The notes under the pieces are model-generated. The model was not told where the DNA came from, did no database searches, and saw nothing but the letters and a program-made list of their open reading frames with translations. Of a stretch of DNA of 64,000 nucleotides, positions 14,072 to 26,395 are shown piece after piece. The position numbers and the translations under genes were made by a program. The stretch is from NCBI GenBank assembly GCA_951406725.2, contig OX597831.1:12400001-12464000 (forward strand). The letters are read 5' to 3'. Numbering within the stretch: the first letter of the stretch is position 1; every line of letters begins with the position of its first letter. Source of the stretch: Octopus vulgaris (Eukaryota).

Positions 14072-14387
14072 TCTTTTACTCTTTTATTTGTTTCAGTCAT
14101 TTGACTGCGGCCATGCTGGAGCACATATATATATACACATATATATATATATATACATATATATATACATATATATATACACATATATATACATATATAT
14201 ATACACATATATATATACATATATATATATACACATATATATACATATATATATGTATATATAAAGCAATTTCAATAGATTTCACCCAAATTTGACGTCG
14301 ATGTTACTTAGTTTGGTTTGAAATAAAGAACTTGATTAGCTTAATAATTCTAACTTAATCTTGAGCAAAGTAAGGTTTTACTGCTAG
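13066..14387 (+). mobile_element. Probable non-autonomous Helitron carrying a nested SINE and (TA)n tracts
   Basis: 5' end A|TCTGTATATATAAAAAGCAGGATGTGTGTG and 3' end ...CTTGAGCAAAGTAAGGTTTTACTGCTAG|T: TC...CTAG termini between A and T with no TSD. The subterminal hairpin is degenerate. Confidence 0.55.
13591..13935 (-). mobile_element. Young full-length tRNA-derived SINE
   Basis: Head GGAGGCGCATGGCTCAGTGGTTAGAGCGTCG...GAGCTCGAATCCCGG carries Pol III A/B boxes, followed by GTGTTCTTGAGCAAGACACTT and a ...TTTACCCCTTAC tail. CpG-rich and flanked by (TA)n on both sides. Confidence 0.85.
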
Positions 14388-14639
14388 TCAATAATAAAAA
14401 TAACCATTATTATTATCACCATCATCATTATCATTAGCATTTAATTCTTGTATTTGCTATATCAAATTATACTGAGTATTGGCAGGCATTTTTTAAGAGT
14501 CACTTCTCATATTTCTGCTTGTGTGGGAGGATGATGTATAACAATTGATTCTACACAGTAGTATATTATCTGCCTTTCATATATAGTCTATCTAAAAGTA
14601 CATTTCATTTTACTTTTGTTCTTTCAGATGAGGGATAGC

Positions 14640-15000
14640 AAAGTATTTATTTCGTTGTTTGCATCTACATACTCCTTCACACAGTTACTCATATCATCAA
14701 TTTAAGGTTGTCTTGTTTTAGTAACATTGTAGGATTTTCTACTGGGTTTTTCTCTTGTATCTCTAAATGTACTTAGTCTTGGCTAGGACACAGCATCTAG
14801 TAAGTAAGTATTCTAATACTGAATGGATTTTCTATTTCCTTCTTTAGAAAAATTTTCATAGCTGTCTTGTTAAAAGATACCAAGCTTGTTGTACTGCATG
14901 TTATCAATACCTCAGTTTCAATTTTCAAGCTGGAGCTGGTTAACCGCAGTTCCTTATCAGATGTCTGGTTTTTGTCTCCTGATATTTCTAAATTATTTTT
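14640..15000 (-). mobile_element. R4/Dong-clade LINE fragment (post-RT region)
   Basis: TSDKELRLTSSSLKIETEVLI resembles R4 'WL.SS.LK.ETEG.I.AAQDQ', followed by a degenerate GC..LAKTKY segment. Confidence 0.5.
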
Positions 15001-17969
15001 CTGTTTCTTTCTGCTGTTGTTTTTAATTGGTGTGTTCTATTGGCATTTTTATTTCCTCTAAGAACTTTACTGCCTCTTTACACATAGGATTTAGATTTCC
15101 ATATTTATAAAATATAGCTGCAGAAATAACCATGAGGCTAAGAATCTGACTTTGAAAAGTATGTGGTTCTGGGTTTGATCCAACTGTGGAACACCTTTTT
15201 TTTTTTTCATGTCCAGGAGAACACAGTCCAACAGGCCGTTTTTGTTCTAAAACAGCATAATATGAATTAAGGGCAATTTAGCTACTATTTGTAGTAGTTT
15301 GCTTTATCTGTATAAGATTTGGTCCCCTTTTCAAGAATTTTGCATGTTTGTAACATCCAGTGAGGTTCAATTTCTTTCATTGTCAGAGTAAGTTGTTACA
15401 TAACCGTAAGAGTTTCTTTGATAAAATTTTGTTACTTTAATTTAATACCAATCTCACAGAAGTATTGTTGGTGATTTTAATGTTCATTTATCCTTGCTCA
15501 CATGGGTCAGATGCAATTCATTGAGGCACAGTCTCCATGTCTACTATATCCTTCCTGTCACCAGCACTCACCTGTTTCTGAGCCAAGTAATACTTGTCCA
15601 TATCCAGGTGTGTTTTTCACTGAAGATTGGAAACAAATAACATTGTTTGTATGATGATGGCAGCTGCCTACAACCATCATGTGATGCCATGACAAGGACA
15701 CACATACACACACATATCTGCTGCAGGCTTCCTTCAAATTCTACCAACCAAATCCACTCACAAGTCTTTGACTGTCTGAAGCTATAGTAGAAGATATTTG
15801 CCCAAAGTACCACACAGTGGTACTGAACCTGAACCCACATGATTGGGAAGCAGTTTTCTAAACCACAAGGCCACTAATGCTATATTTAGTGGTAGATTAA
15901 AGGTCTTGTAGCATTTAGTTAGATCCTTTTATGATTTAAGTTCAAAATCTAGCTGAAGTCAATTTGGCATCTCATTCTTCCAGCTTCGATAAAATATAGT
16001 ATCAGTCCAGTACTGGACTTAATACAATCAACTTTCACAAATTTGTTGCTTAGCACTAATTTTGGGAATCTATAGTCACATGCCTTCAGAAGAGTACATG
16101 TCTTAGAGTAAATCCCAATCAATAAAACACAATATCTAATTTTTATTTTAATCTTGGGAAACTTCACAAAAGGAAAATGTTGCAAGCAAATATAAATATT
16201 CTTATAATGAGATGGCAACAAAAACTGAAATCATTTATGTTTATTAGAAACAATACTTACTTGTTTGCTAATTTTGATACACAGTCATGCAGTGTTTTTA
16301 AATGACAGTCATTTGATGCAGAAAGTGAGCCTTTAGAAATTCCAGAAATAGTTATGAAATCTCTTTCAAATTACATACTACCACTTAAAAGAAATAAAGA
16401 AACAAACAAAAAAATGGATAATGAAGCCCTGGGTATAATTATGTTCAAATAACAGTTGGGATGGTCAAAGAAAGAAGGTCTTTTATCATAAGTATGTTCA
16501 ACCCAGACTGACAAAGATGTGAAAGAGCTCAACAACAACAACAATAACAATTAATGTCCATTGTTAAAGACACTGATTATATAAAATCAGACAAGAAACC
16601 AAACGTGATATGCTGCTACTCTGAATTTCTCAAGTTTCCTTTTGTTTTACTTTTAATGGGCAATTCAATTCTAAACCTTATCATAACTAAATTTCTAAGA
16701 ATAACATAATTTTATTGTGACTTTAAAAAAATACCCTAAATGCTTAAAATGCTAAAAAAACATGGTTAATATTTTATTTTCTAAAGCAAGTGTAAATAAA
16801 ATATTTTATTTTTACATAATGATATAATTGTATAACTGAAAATGTCAGCCAAGTCCTGTTGGATCACTATCAATTTCTTTTGATTTACATTCACTCTAAG
16901 TATTTTTCTGTAATAATTCATAACAATTATTCATTTAGTAAAAGTCTTAATTACTACCAAGTGCATAAATGTACTGATTGAGTCATGTATAATTAAAATC
17001 TTTGCACTACTAGTGTTACAGCTATCAACAGTAATTAGATAAGCAGACAACATTCACCTGTTGCAGCCTAAATAGAGAAAGGTATCTGGTCAAGAACTGC
17101 CAAGTTAAATTACATGAATAAACGTACTGACAGTAAGAGATCTCTCTTGCTTTGGACACAAAACATATTCAAAGCTAAATTAGTTTTACTAATAACAAAG
17201 ACAAACTTTCAGTTTACATGGCTAATAAATTACCTAAGATTTACGAATATTTAATCACGGTTTCACCTATCCAGGATCAAAAAATCAAGTCTAGAGAATC
17301 TATTGATAAGATCAGCAGAAATTCTTGTAATCATATTTTCTTTAATGTTATTTACAAAAATTAATATATGCTGTGGCAAGATAGAAAACATACATTTGTA
17401 AACTAGAATCAAAAGGACATTTTTGATCTTCTAAGCATCAAAAAGAACTGGAAAGTCAATATTTATTGAAAGTATTGATGAATATCTCTGAATGTCAGCC
17501 AAATTTTGTCATGTATACTTCCTGTTATTTTAAGAAAAATAAATGAAATGTGAAATTATGTTTATATAGCTGTGCGTATCATTTCACTTGTTGAACCAAC
17601 ACAAAAATATTTGCAGAGAATGTCTTTTAGTTTAAATAACATTTTTATTATCTTCTCTCAGCCAAGATACTAGAAAGTCACTGGAAATGGGAAAAGGGAA
17701 ATGTCACAAGCAAAAATTTTGTGTAAAAATAAAACAAAACATTTGACTGAAATGGTAATTGCGATCATCAAGATAATTTGGAATTATTTCATGGTTAAGA
17801 AGTTTGCATTACAATTATGTGGCTCAGGTTCAGTCACACAGCATCACACCTAGGGCAAGTGGCTTTTACTATAACCTTGGGCTTATCAGTGTCTTGTGAG
17901 TAAATATGGTAAACGAAAGCTGTAGAAAGCCAACTGTATATATGTGAGCAGGTGTATGTATGTGTATGT

Positions 17970-18012
<43 letters not shown>

Positions 18013-19083
18013 CATATAGATTTCTGAATCTGAAGTTTTTCTTGTGAAAGATAAATTCAGTATATCAATAAACAAAATATTCTACAATCTGTATTGAGCT
18101 CTCCTCCCACATTTGTTCAGTGCAATTCAACATTTGTGTGTCTGTGTGTGTGTGTGTAAGTGAAGGCATGTAACCTAGAGTTTGTATGTGCAGTTCCTGA
18201 CCATAAAGCTGCAGGTTCAATTCCTGAGCAAGCCACTTTTTTCATGTTGCTGCCATCTACTCATCTAAGAATGAAAACTAGCCAAGCACTGCAGCAGTTC
18301 TTGCTTTCTCCAGCAATGTGAATGTGCCACTGGGACCAAAGTGTGGGAGAGTGGAGAGTTTGTCTCTCTCTCCATTGGTGGCTACAAAGGCACCTATAAC
18401 AATGAAAACATGGAATATATTTGTAGGTGATGGCCACTTCTTGTTTTATGTGTATGTGCGTGTGTATGTGTGCATATAAATGGGATGGATGTTGACAACC
18501 CATGGTTCTGCCTCTGTGGAAAGGAGGATGTTGTTTCTGTGTACCTTATTTGGAAAATGAGGATGATGACAGGAACAGCTGTAAAATCCTGTTTCAAATA
18601 TATCACCATTTGACCCATGCTCACATGAGAAAAGCAAGGCAGGTGTTAAATGAATGAACAAACGAATGAAAGAATGCTTCATTTGTGAATTAATATGGGT
18701 ATTAAAATAGATCTTGAAGTTAGGATTGTGGTGTTTTTATAGTTAAGACCAGAGCTGAGAAGACAAGAAGTTCAATCCTGGTATATAGTTACCAGTTTAT
18801 TTTGCTGCTCTGGCATCAAAGAATGGGGGGTGATAACAAAGGTGTATAAATAAATAATAAGCAGAAATTGGAAAGCTGTTGGCACGAAATTTACATCAAT
18901 TTTGAAGCCAACCAGGATGTGAGAAGTTTTGTCTATTTGAAATGAGTAGGGACATGATCAGGAAAGCTAATATTAATCGTTGAGTTTGCAGCTGTGCTAT
19001 GTAGACCTGTTAGACAAACAACAATACTCAACACTTTCTTAAGTCAAAACAACAACAAACAAATAAAATGAATACACACACAC

Positions 19084-19119
<36 letters not shown>

Positions 19120-19464
19120 AAAACTAATAAATAAACTAACTTATCAAATAACTAATTTATGTAAATGGAAAGAATATAGATATATTAGGATTTGTTATCA
19201 GAGTTGTATGTGTTTGCTTTCACACATACTAAACTGCGTCTGATTTAAATCTTTTTTTTATTTCTTTATTTCTGTTTTTTTTTTTCCATGAATATCATTC
19301 TAGAAGAAAGCATTTATTCTCTGAAACAGCTAATATAACAACCAATTATAAGAACTTTATCTCATAATACACATATTATACATAAATATATAGATATGTG
19401 CTTGCACATAAATACAAGCATGTATATGCTTGCACAGTGAAGGTGTGTACTTCAAAGGTTAGAG

Positions 19465-19645
19465 CAGCCATGGGCAACCATTTTTGAGAAGAGGGCTGCA
19501 TGAGACATAGCACATCATCAAACAGGCTACACTAGTAATAAAAAAGAAATAGACGAAGAAATTCAAAGTAATTTTTCATAGGCATGTCATCCAGAAAGTC
19601 CCACAGACTGCATGCATCCTGCTGGCCTCAGTTTGCCCATAACTG
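19465..19645. mobile_element. hAT (Charlie-type) MITE
   Basis: TIRs CAGCCATGGGCAAC / TTTGCCCATAACTG. 8-bp TSD GGTTAGAG (19457-19464) / GGTTAGTG (19646-19653). Confidence 0.75.
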
Positions 19646-19856
19646 GGTTAGTGTGTTGACCTCGTGACTGTAAGGTGATGTGCTTGATTCATGGACCAGG
19701 AAGCACATGGTGTGCTTAAATAAGGCACTTCATTTTACATTGGTTCAAGCTATTCAGATGAGAAAAAGGGTACCAGCACACTGTTGGCACAACCTTGTCT
19801 ACTTCCAACTGCTACATCCTCAATGCTCCAGAGATCATGGATGAAAGGCTCTAGAA

Positions 19857-19945
19857 TAGTGGTGTGGTTCCCAACCTTTTTACTACTAATGACCCCTTTT
19901 ATTTAAATGAGTTTTCCTGTGGACCTCTTTTAATATGCTTATCTT

Positions 19946-19983
<38 letters not shown>

Positions 19984-20061
19984 TTTGAATTTAGTTCACA
20001 GACCCCAGTACTACCTTTGCAGGCCACTAGGAGTCTGTAGATCACAGGTTGGGAATCACTA
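19857..20061. mobile_element. hAT (Charlie/MER5-like) MITE
   Basis: Termini (TAGTGGT)GTGGTTCCCAACC / GGTTGGGAATCACTA. Perfect 8-bp TSD CTCTAGAA (19849-19856, 20062-20069) fits the NTCTAGAN consensus. Confidence 0.85.
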
Positions 20062-20519
20062 CTCTAGAAAGTGATCATGTCAGTTACTGACAACAGAAGC
20101 ACCTACTACAATTAGCAAAAGCATAGTATGAGCTACCAAGTCATTCTTGCTTGCAAATGAAGGCTACATATGATCTGCATGTGCATATAATCATTAGATT
20201 AGCTCTATATATATCATCATAATCATCATCATTTAATATGTCCATATTCCATGCTAGCATGAATTGGATGGTTTGACAAGGATCCACTGAGTTGAAGGAC
20301 TGCATCATACTCCAGTGTATGCTTTGGTAAGATTTCTAGGGCTGGATATTCTTCCTAACGACAACCACTTTACAGTGTATACTGGGTGCCTTTTTCCATG
20401 CCACCAGCATGAAAAGAAATATGTGTGTGTGTGTGCGTGTGTGTGTATGTGTGTGTGCGTGTGTGTGGGTGTCTGGGGAGAATAAAGGAGAAATAGTAGC
20501 ACACGCAAGTCTCTTCAGA

Positions 20520-20990
20520 GCAACCATACTCTAGGATATGCCAATACATAGTAATAGAGAGGTCAAGGCTAATAGGTTGGATATTGTTGTCAGGGACCAC
20601 CAAGAGAAAATACTTTCTAATCGACATATCAGTCCCAACAGATGACAATATATCTCTAAAAGAAACAGAGAAACTCTTGAAATATGAAAATCTAGAAATA
20701 GTGATAATGTAAATGAGGGGCTTGAAGACAGAACTAATCTCGACAATTAATAATAGGTGCATTAAAAGATATACAAATACATAAGCAAAATACCAGGACT
20801 TATGAATATTTATAACATACAGAAAACAGCACTGCTAAGCACTACACACATCCTATGTAAATCACTTTCAATAAGTAGAAATAACTACACCAAAACAAAC
20901 CACAGCACATACCAAGGCACACAGAGCTGTGCTCGGTAGTGCAGTGAAAGCACATGATAAAAATAAAACTAGTGAATGATAATAATGATA
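20520..20990 (+). mobile_element. R4/Dong-clade LINE 3' end (restriction-like endonuclease domain)
   Basis: ATIL*DMPIHSNREVKANRLDIVVRDH..FLIDISVPTDDNISLKETEKLLKYENLEI...IIGAL...IQKTALLSTTHIL, then a short 3' UTR and a (TAA)-like tail. Confidence 0.85.
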
Positions 20991-21039
20991 AAAGTTATTA
21001 TTTATTATTATTATTGCTATTACAATTATAGACATCACT

Positions 21040-21491
21040 CAGTATATAATATCATGATTGAAGATATTGTATCGACCGGGGGTTTATATTGTTTGTCAAG
21101 TCACAACAAGGACCTCAGACAGACTGCTTTACACAATATGTGTGCAGTTCCAAGTAATGCCAACTTTTGTAATACATCTAGATTGTAGGGTATTTCTAAG
21201 GTTTTCAGATGTTTTTTCAGATTGGGTGGTATTGAACCCAATGCTCCGATAACAACAGGGATAACTTTTATGTTAGACTCTCGTAGTTGTCACATCTTAG
21301 TGATCTCAATTTTGGGGTTCCCATATTTATCAACCTTTTCTCTTTCTATCATGATGATGTGTTGATCTCCTGGCATTGCTATGTTGATTATTAGGCCCTC
21401 TTGTTTGTCCCTCCTAAAGGTTATTATATCTGGCTTTTGGTGCTCTAACACTTTGTCTGTCTAGGAATCCAAGCCCCAGAGGATTTTAGCC
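21040..21491 (-). mobile_element. Second R4/Dong-clade LINE 3' end (different family), convergent with the first
   Basis: AKILWGLDS*TDKVLEHQKPDIITF...LIINIAMPGD...EREKVDKY...KVIPVVIGALGSIP...LQKLALLGTAHIL. Its 5' end abuts a long (TAA)n tract. Confidence 0.85.
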
Positions 21492-21527
21492 TATTATTAT
21501 TATCATCATCATTATTATTATTATTAA

Positions 21528-21588
<61 letters not shown>

Positions 21589-21625
21589 ATTATTATTATT
21601 ATTATTATTATTATCATTACTAATA

Positions 21626-22075
21626 TTAAGACAGTGAAGTAGGCGTATCATAAGCATGTTGGACAAATTGCTTAGTGGCCTTTCTTCAGTCTATTTAGAT
21701 TCTAAGTTCAAATTCCACCAGGGTCAGCTGTACCTTTCATCCTTTAGGGGTCAGAAAAATAAGTACTGGTTGAGCACTAGGATCACTGTAATTGACTACC
21801 CTGCCAAACAGAACTTCAGGCCTTATGCTGATAGCAAAAAGGATTATTATTGTTGTTATTAGCAAGGTGGCAGGATTGTCAGAATGTTGGACAGAATGCT
21901 TACCAGTATTTCTTCTGGATCTTAATCTCAGCTCAAATTGTGCTGAGATCAGTTTTGCTTTTCATCTTTTTGGAGCCTATAGAATAACGTACCACTTACG
22001 TATTGGGGACGATGTAATTGAGTAACCTCTCCCACTAAAAACTACTAGCCATGTACCAAAATTCGAAACTATTAT
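21626..22075 (+). mobile_element. Two head-to-tail (ATT)n-tailed SINE copies
   Basis: Each contains TTCAAATT...TTTCATC(C)TTT.GG.G..AGAA.AA.GTAC, and the two are separated by ATTATTATT. Confidence 0.65.
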
Positions 22076-23114
22076 AATCACTATTGTAACTCACATCAAA
22101 GAAGAAAATTTCTCACTATCAAAATGTAAAAAACTTTCCAACAAACAACAGAACCACCAGCAGTGATTATTTTACAAGCATAAATAACTTTTTATCTGAT
22201 ATTTTTTTCTACAAAAATAATGCTCGATATTTCTCTCATAGCTATGCTCTTAGTGGATTTGAAATATTTTGCTATTTTTCTTTAGTTTTAGAATTTCAAA
22301 TATTTTATTCATATTTCTATGCCTCAGAGTAACACAAAGCTCATTATGCTTAGAATTAACAAAAAACTAAAAACAAAGCAAATAAAATGTAATACAAAAT
22401 AAAATTAGGTATATTATCACATCAATAATAATCTTATTTAATTAAGCTTGTTATTTGACATAGCTGTTATTTCCCTCGTGAACAATAGATAATTTGAAAC
22501 TTTCAGGAATATTCCTCAGCAAACTGACAACCAAATTGAGTCACACTTAAATCATACTGCAATCTTAAATCATTCTTCCCAAGATCACAGGCTACATACT
22601 TTCATATATTTGAATATCAAATTATGTTAAAGAAAAACATACAACAATGGCCTTTGGGTATAACATATTTCTCCAAACTCCCATTATATTTTTTCTCCTA
22701 TTTGGAAAAGAGAATCTTTCCCGAAATATTATAGGATTATTAGACAACCTATGCAAAGTAACAATACGTTTTCTCTGTTTTTATTCATTGACATCACCTT
22801 ACATATTTTGCCTAACTTCTCACCTACATTTCCCAAAGTCTTTTTCTAATACATTTATAGCCTTTACTCGCACTGCAATGCTTTAAGCAAATTACAATAC
22901 TCTTAAAAACAAGGTGATTTATTTATAGCAATTTTATTTAAATTCCGACATTGGCATTAACTTGTAGATTCAACAACTTGATTAAATAAAGATAGCTTCC
23001 TTCTGTTGCTATTTTTAATAATAAATTATTTGCTTATATCCATGATGGAAACTATCGAGAATAAGTATTGTTTGAAGTAATATTGTTGGACTACTACTAC
23101 TACAACTGCTACTG

Positions 23115-23181
<67 letters not shown>

Positions 23182-23519
23182 TAATAATAATAATAATGAT
23201 AATAATAACAATAATAATGATAATAATAATAATAAAAGGTGATGCCTCAGCAGATGAAAATCAAATGGAAGGTAAAATCAGAAGCAGAATTAGGCAACAG
23301 GTAAAAACAATTTAGTTCCATTAGTAGAACATGGAATCTCTAACATTCTGGTAATTCTAACAGTATTATCTAAAAGAAAGAAAAAAAAATTAAAAGAATT
23401 CATTTACTTCAGGTCTAAGGTGTGATACAAATTGAATTATTGTGTAAATTTCTCCTGACTGCATCTGTAATATGTAATATGTATAAAAGTTTTCAAGCAA
23501 ATCCTAAAAGCTGCTGCAA

Positions 23520-23602
23520 ACTTACCTGTAGATAAAAGTAATTTGAATAAGTAATTAAATAAAAGGAAATAATTATAGATTTTAATTAAATAAATAAAAC
23601 AA
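23520..23602 (-). other. Candidate recursive splice site (3' splice site directly followed by a 5' splice site)
   Basis: Minus strand reads ...TTTCCTTTTATTTAATTACTTATTCAAATTACTTTTATCTACAG|GTAAGT (junction 23526/23525), with about 75 nt of AG-free U-rich sequence upstream. Same strand as the DGK exon. Confidence 0.5.
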
Positions 23603-24239
23603 CTGGCTGTCATCTTTGAAGACTGATATTTCAAATTCTTCTTCAATTTGAAATTAAAACTTAAATACCTTACAACGAAAGACAATTAAGAAATTACATC
23701 TTTTTTTTTTTTTGTTGTGGTGGAAAAGAAAATTTTCAGAATATAATAAGCGTTACATAGAGTGTAAAGTTTCTGATGTCTCACCCAATAAAAATATTTA
23801 ATAACTTGTGCTTGATTTTCTATACTGGCTTGGGTTGGATGGGTCCCTTCCATCATTACATCTTGCTATTATTTTTTGTAAAGTTCATCATTATCTTCTT
23901 CATGAAATCCAACATTCTCAGATGAAAGTTCAAATCTTTTCACAAACAAATAGTATAAAAATTCGAATGTGCATTGAAATACCATTGGGTTGCCAGAATT
24001 AACTGAGCATCAGACAAAATACTTTGTGGTATTTAGTTACTACACTTCATGTTCTGAGTTCATATCTCACCCAGTTCGGCTTTTCCTTTCTTCTTTCTAA
24101 GGTCAATGGAACAAGCACCAAGCAAAGCACAGGGAAGAGAGGGGGAGTGATATATAATTGACTAAACCACAGAAGGTGGCACTCCAGTATGACCATAATA
24201 AAAACTAAAAGTAAAAAAAAAATACTCGAATATACTTAC

Positions 24240-24323
24240 TGTACAGTCTGGATCCATTACGTAACAGCTGTCTCCTGAAGCACTTGTTTCCACCCAAAGA
24301 TGTTCTGTTGATACTGCGATATC
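24240..24323 (-). CDS. DGKZ: Internal coding exon of a type-IV diacylglycerol kinase (DGK zeta/iota, rdgA-like), start of the first C1 domain
   Basis: 84 nt, phase 0-0, acceptor T-tract..TGTTGTAG| and donor |GTAAGT. DIAVSTEHLWVETSASGDSCYVMDPDCT matches the DGKZ/DGKI exon 'E.A..GEH(I/L)W.ET..SGD.CY.GE..C'. Invertebrates have one co-orthologue of DGKZ/DGKI. Confidence 0.88.
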
Positions 24324-26395
24324 CTACAACATTAATATAAAAAAAAAACTACTTTGAAACAATGCAAGGCAGAAGTACATTCTATACAACAAATAAACAA
24401 CATTTCTAATACAAAAAGAGAGCTTTCAGATCCAAAGTCAACAGAGTCTGAGTCAAGGTATGCAATGTGGCATTCAAGATGTGTTGTTGATGTTGCTTAA
24501 CCTCAGACTGGTCTTCATTGAGCAGGTTTATTATGAAGGGCATTTAAGGTCTGACCATCAAAACTAGTGTGTTATGTTTCCTTTTGTTACAATCTCAAAC
24601 AGTGTAAGTTGATGAGAGGTTGCTACTCTTTCTAATATGTCAAGGAACTACATAGAGGCTCCCTCACTGGTTCACAAAAACATGTAATTTGGGGTGCAGT
24701 AGAACACTCAGAACACATTTTGAAGACTGATGATTCAATTTTTTTTCCTTGATTTGTTGCCAAAAGTTGAAATTCTGACAATAAAATAAATTTAAGAAAT
24801 TTCAGATTTTTTTTTCTTTGGTGGAAGGCAATATCAAGAATATAGTGTACATTAGATAACAAATGATATAGAATCTAATTCACCACCCAATAAAAATATT
24901 TAATGGAGTCAAGATGAACTATGTAAGATATAGTGTTGCAGTGGTGTGTATTAATGCAGTGAAGATGAGTTGTGTGAGAAGTAGTGTTGAAGTCAGAACA
25001 TTCAAGCACAGCAGGGAATGAGTGTATGAACATGGTAAGTGTGGTGCAATGGAGGAGTTAAGATAAGGGAAGTGCAATTCTGAAGTCTGAATGTGTTGTG
25101 CACAGCAGGGTGTGGTTGTAAGAATATTAAGTGAAGCAGAGTGCAGAAGTTGAGATGCAGTATTGAATTTAAATGTATTGTGTGAGGCACAGTACACAAT
25201 ATAATGTGTGATACCCAAGACAAAATGCCTTTTTTTTTTGTTCAAAGGGTTTATATATTATCACAGGCAGAAATGAAGACACATGTGCCAGAAATGGCCT
25301 CAGCTTTTTGTGATTTATCAGAACCAGCTAGACTCAGAATTTAGGCCTTTGCAGCAGCTATTTCAGTTTGTATATTCATATTTATCAAACCCACACAAGA
25401 AATTTAACCCATGTCAGCATGGAACATGGGCATTAAAAGAGGGTGTTGTGAAAGTGTCAAAAAACAATTTAATTTTCAATTTAAAACACTGAAAAATTAT
25501 GATAGATATAAATATTTAAGACACAGATTTGTTACAAAATATTTAGAGGTCACAGACATTTAAATGAATGTTTATCTTCATCAAAATTAAATCTATTATA
25601 TTTAAATAAAGAGCTTTACTCAGAAACAGAAATGTAATTTAAGGATGGCTGAATCATGATTAGTTATGCCAAAAGCATCAGAAAACCTATTTCCCATAGC
25701 TGAGACTTAAGAAAAAGAAATTTAATTTTGATAATGTGTTACAAATTGTAAATATACAAGGAAATTATGTACTGATATAGCAGCTAAAAAGATTGCTGGA
25801 GATACTGACCTACAGCAATGCATTTCTAGAAATAGTACGTTTATTTCATTAGATGTAATTATTTACTGCAACAAAGAAATACTGATGTTACAGTGATGAG
25901 TAAAGTTTGAGCCATTTTCAAATGAGTTCTCGCTGTGTACACAAAACTATCAGCATCTTTCCAGTGTTGTATAGCAGTGGATGAAAAATATTTTACTTCT
26001 TTTAGTTTTACATCCGAGATTTTTCATATCAATCATAGAAATTTCATCCATTACACATTATTCCATGCCACGTTCCTGCCTCTTGTAAAATGTGGCACCA
26101 ACACAGAACTACTATAACTCCATTTAGATAATGATGCCAAGAAGTTCTTGAGATATAAATGGACTTTAGAATGTTACTGTTACAAACCAAGCACAAAGGA
26201 CTAAAAAATGAATATGAAAATGCTCTGATATTAAACTTGAACAAGGTTGGATTTTCAATATAAACATGTGCACATGGGTGTGTGTGTATGTGTTTGACAT
26301 ACCACCACTAGCTGAAATCAGTGTTGTGCCAAAAAGGTAATTAAGCACTTAAAATAGTACCAGGCTGAAATAAGAATTGGGGTAAACACGAACAA

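Larger units (their letters stand above)
19437..20160 (+). mobile_element. Old tRNA-derived SINE interrupted by two hAT MITEs
   Basis: GTGAAGGTGTGTAC..GGTTAG[MITE]..GACTGTAAGGTGATG..GATTC..GTGTGCTTAAATAAGGCACTTCATTT.. is related to the SINE at 53692. Confidence 0.55.

Noticed and set aside
13265-14295. Long YIYIYI, VCVCVC, HTHTHT and poly-N/I/Y ORFs here and at about 47.5k, 55.1-55.5k and 62.5-62.9k
   Set aside because: Stop-free translations of (TA)n, (CA)n and (TAA)n microsatellites, not genes.
16261-16330. Possible exon (SLSASNDCHLKTLHDCVSKLAN) ending in GTAAGT
   Set aside because: Weak acceptor abutting a SINE-like repeat, a stop in the frame compatible with the DGK exon, and no DGK similarity.
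17052-17082. Possible micro-exon or ratchet site TTTAG|GCTGCAACAG|GTGAAT
   Set aside because: 10 nt (frameshifting) with a weak donor, so not distinguishable from background.
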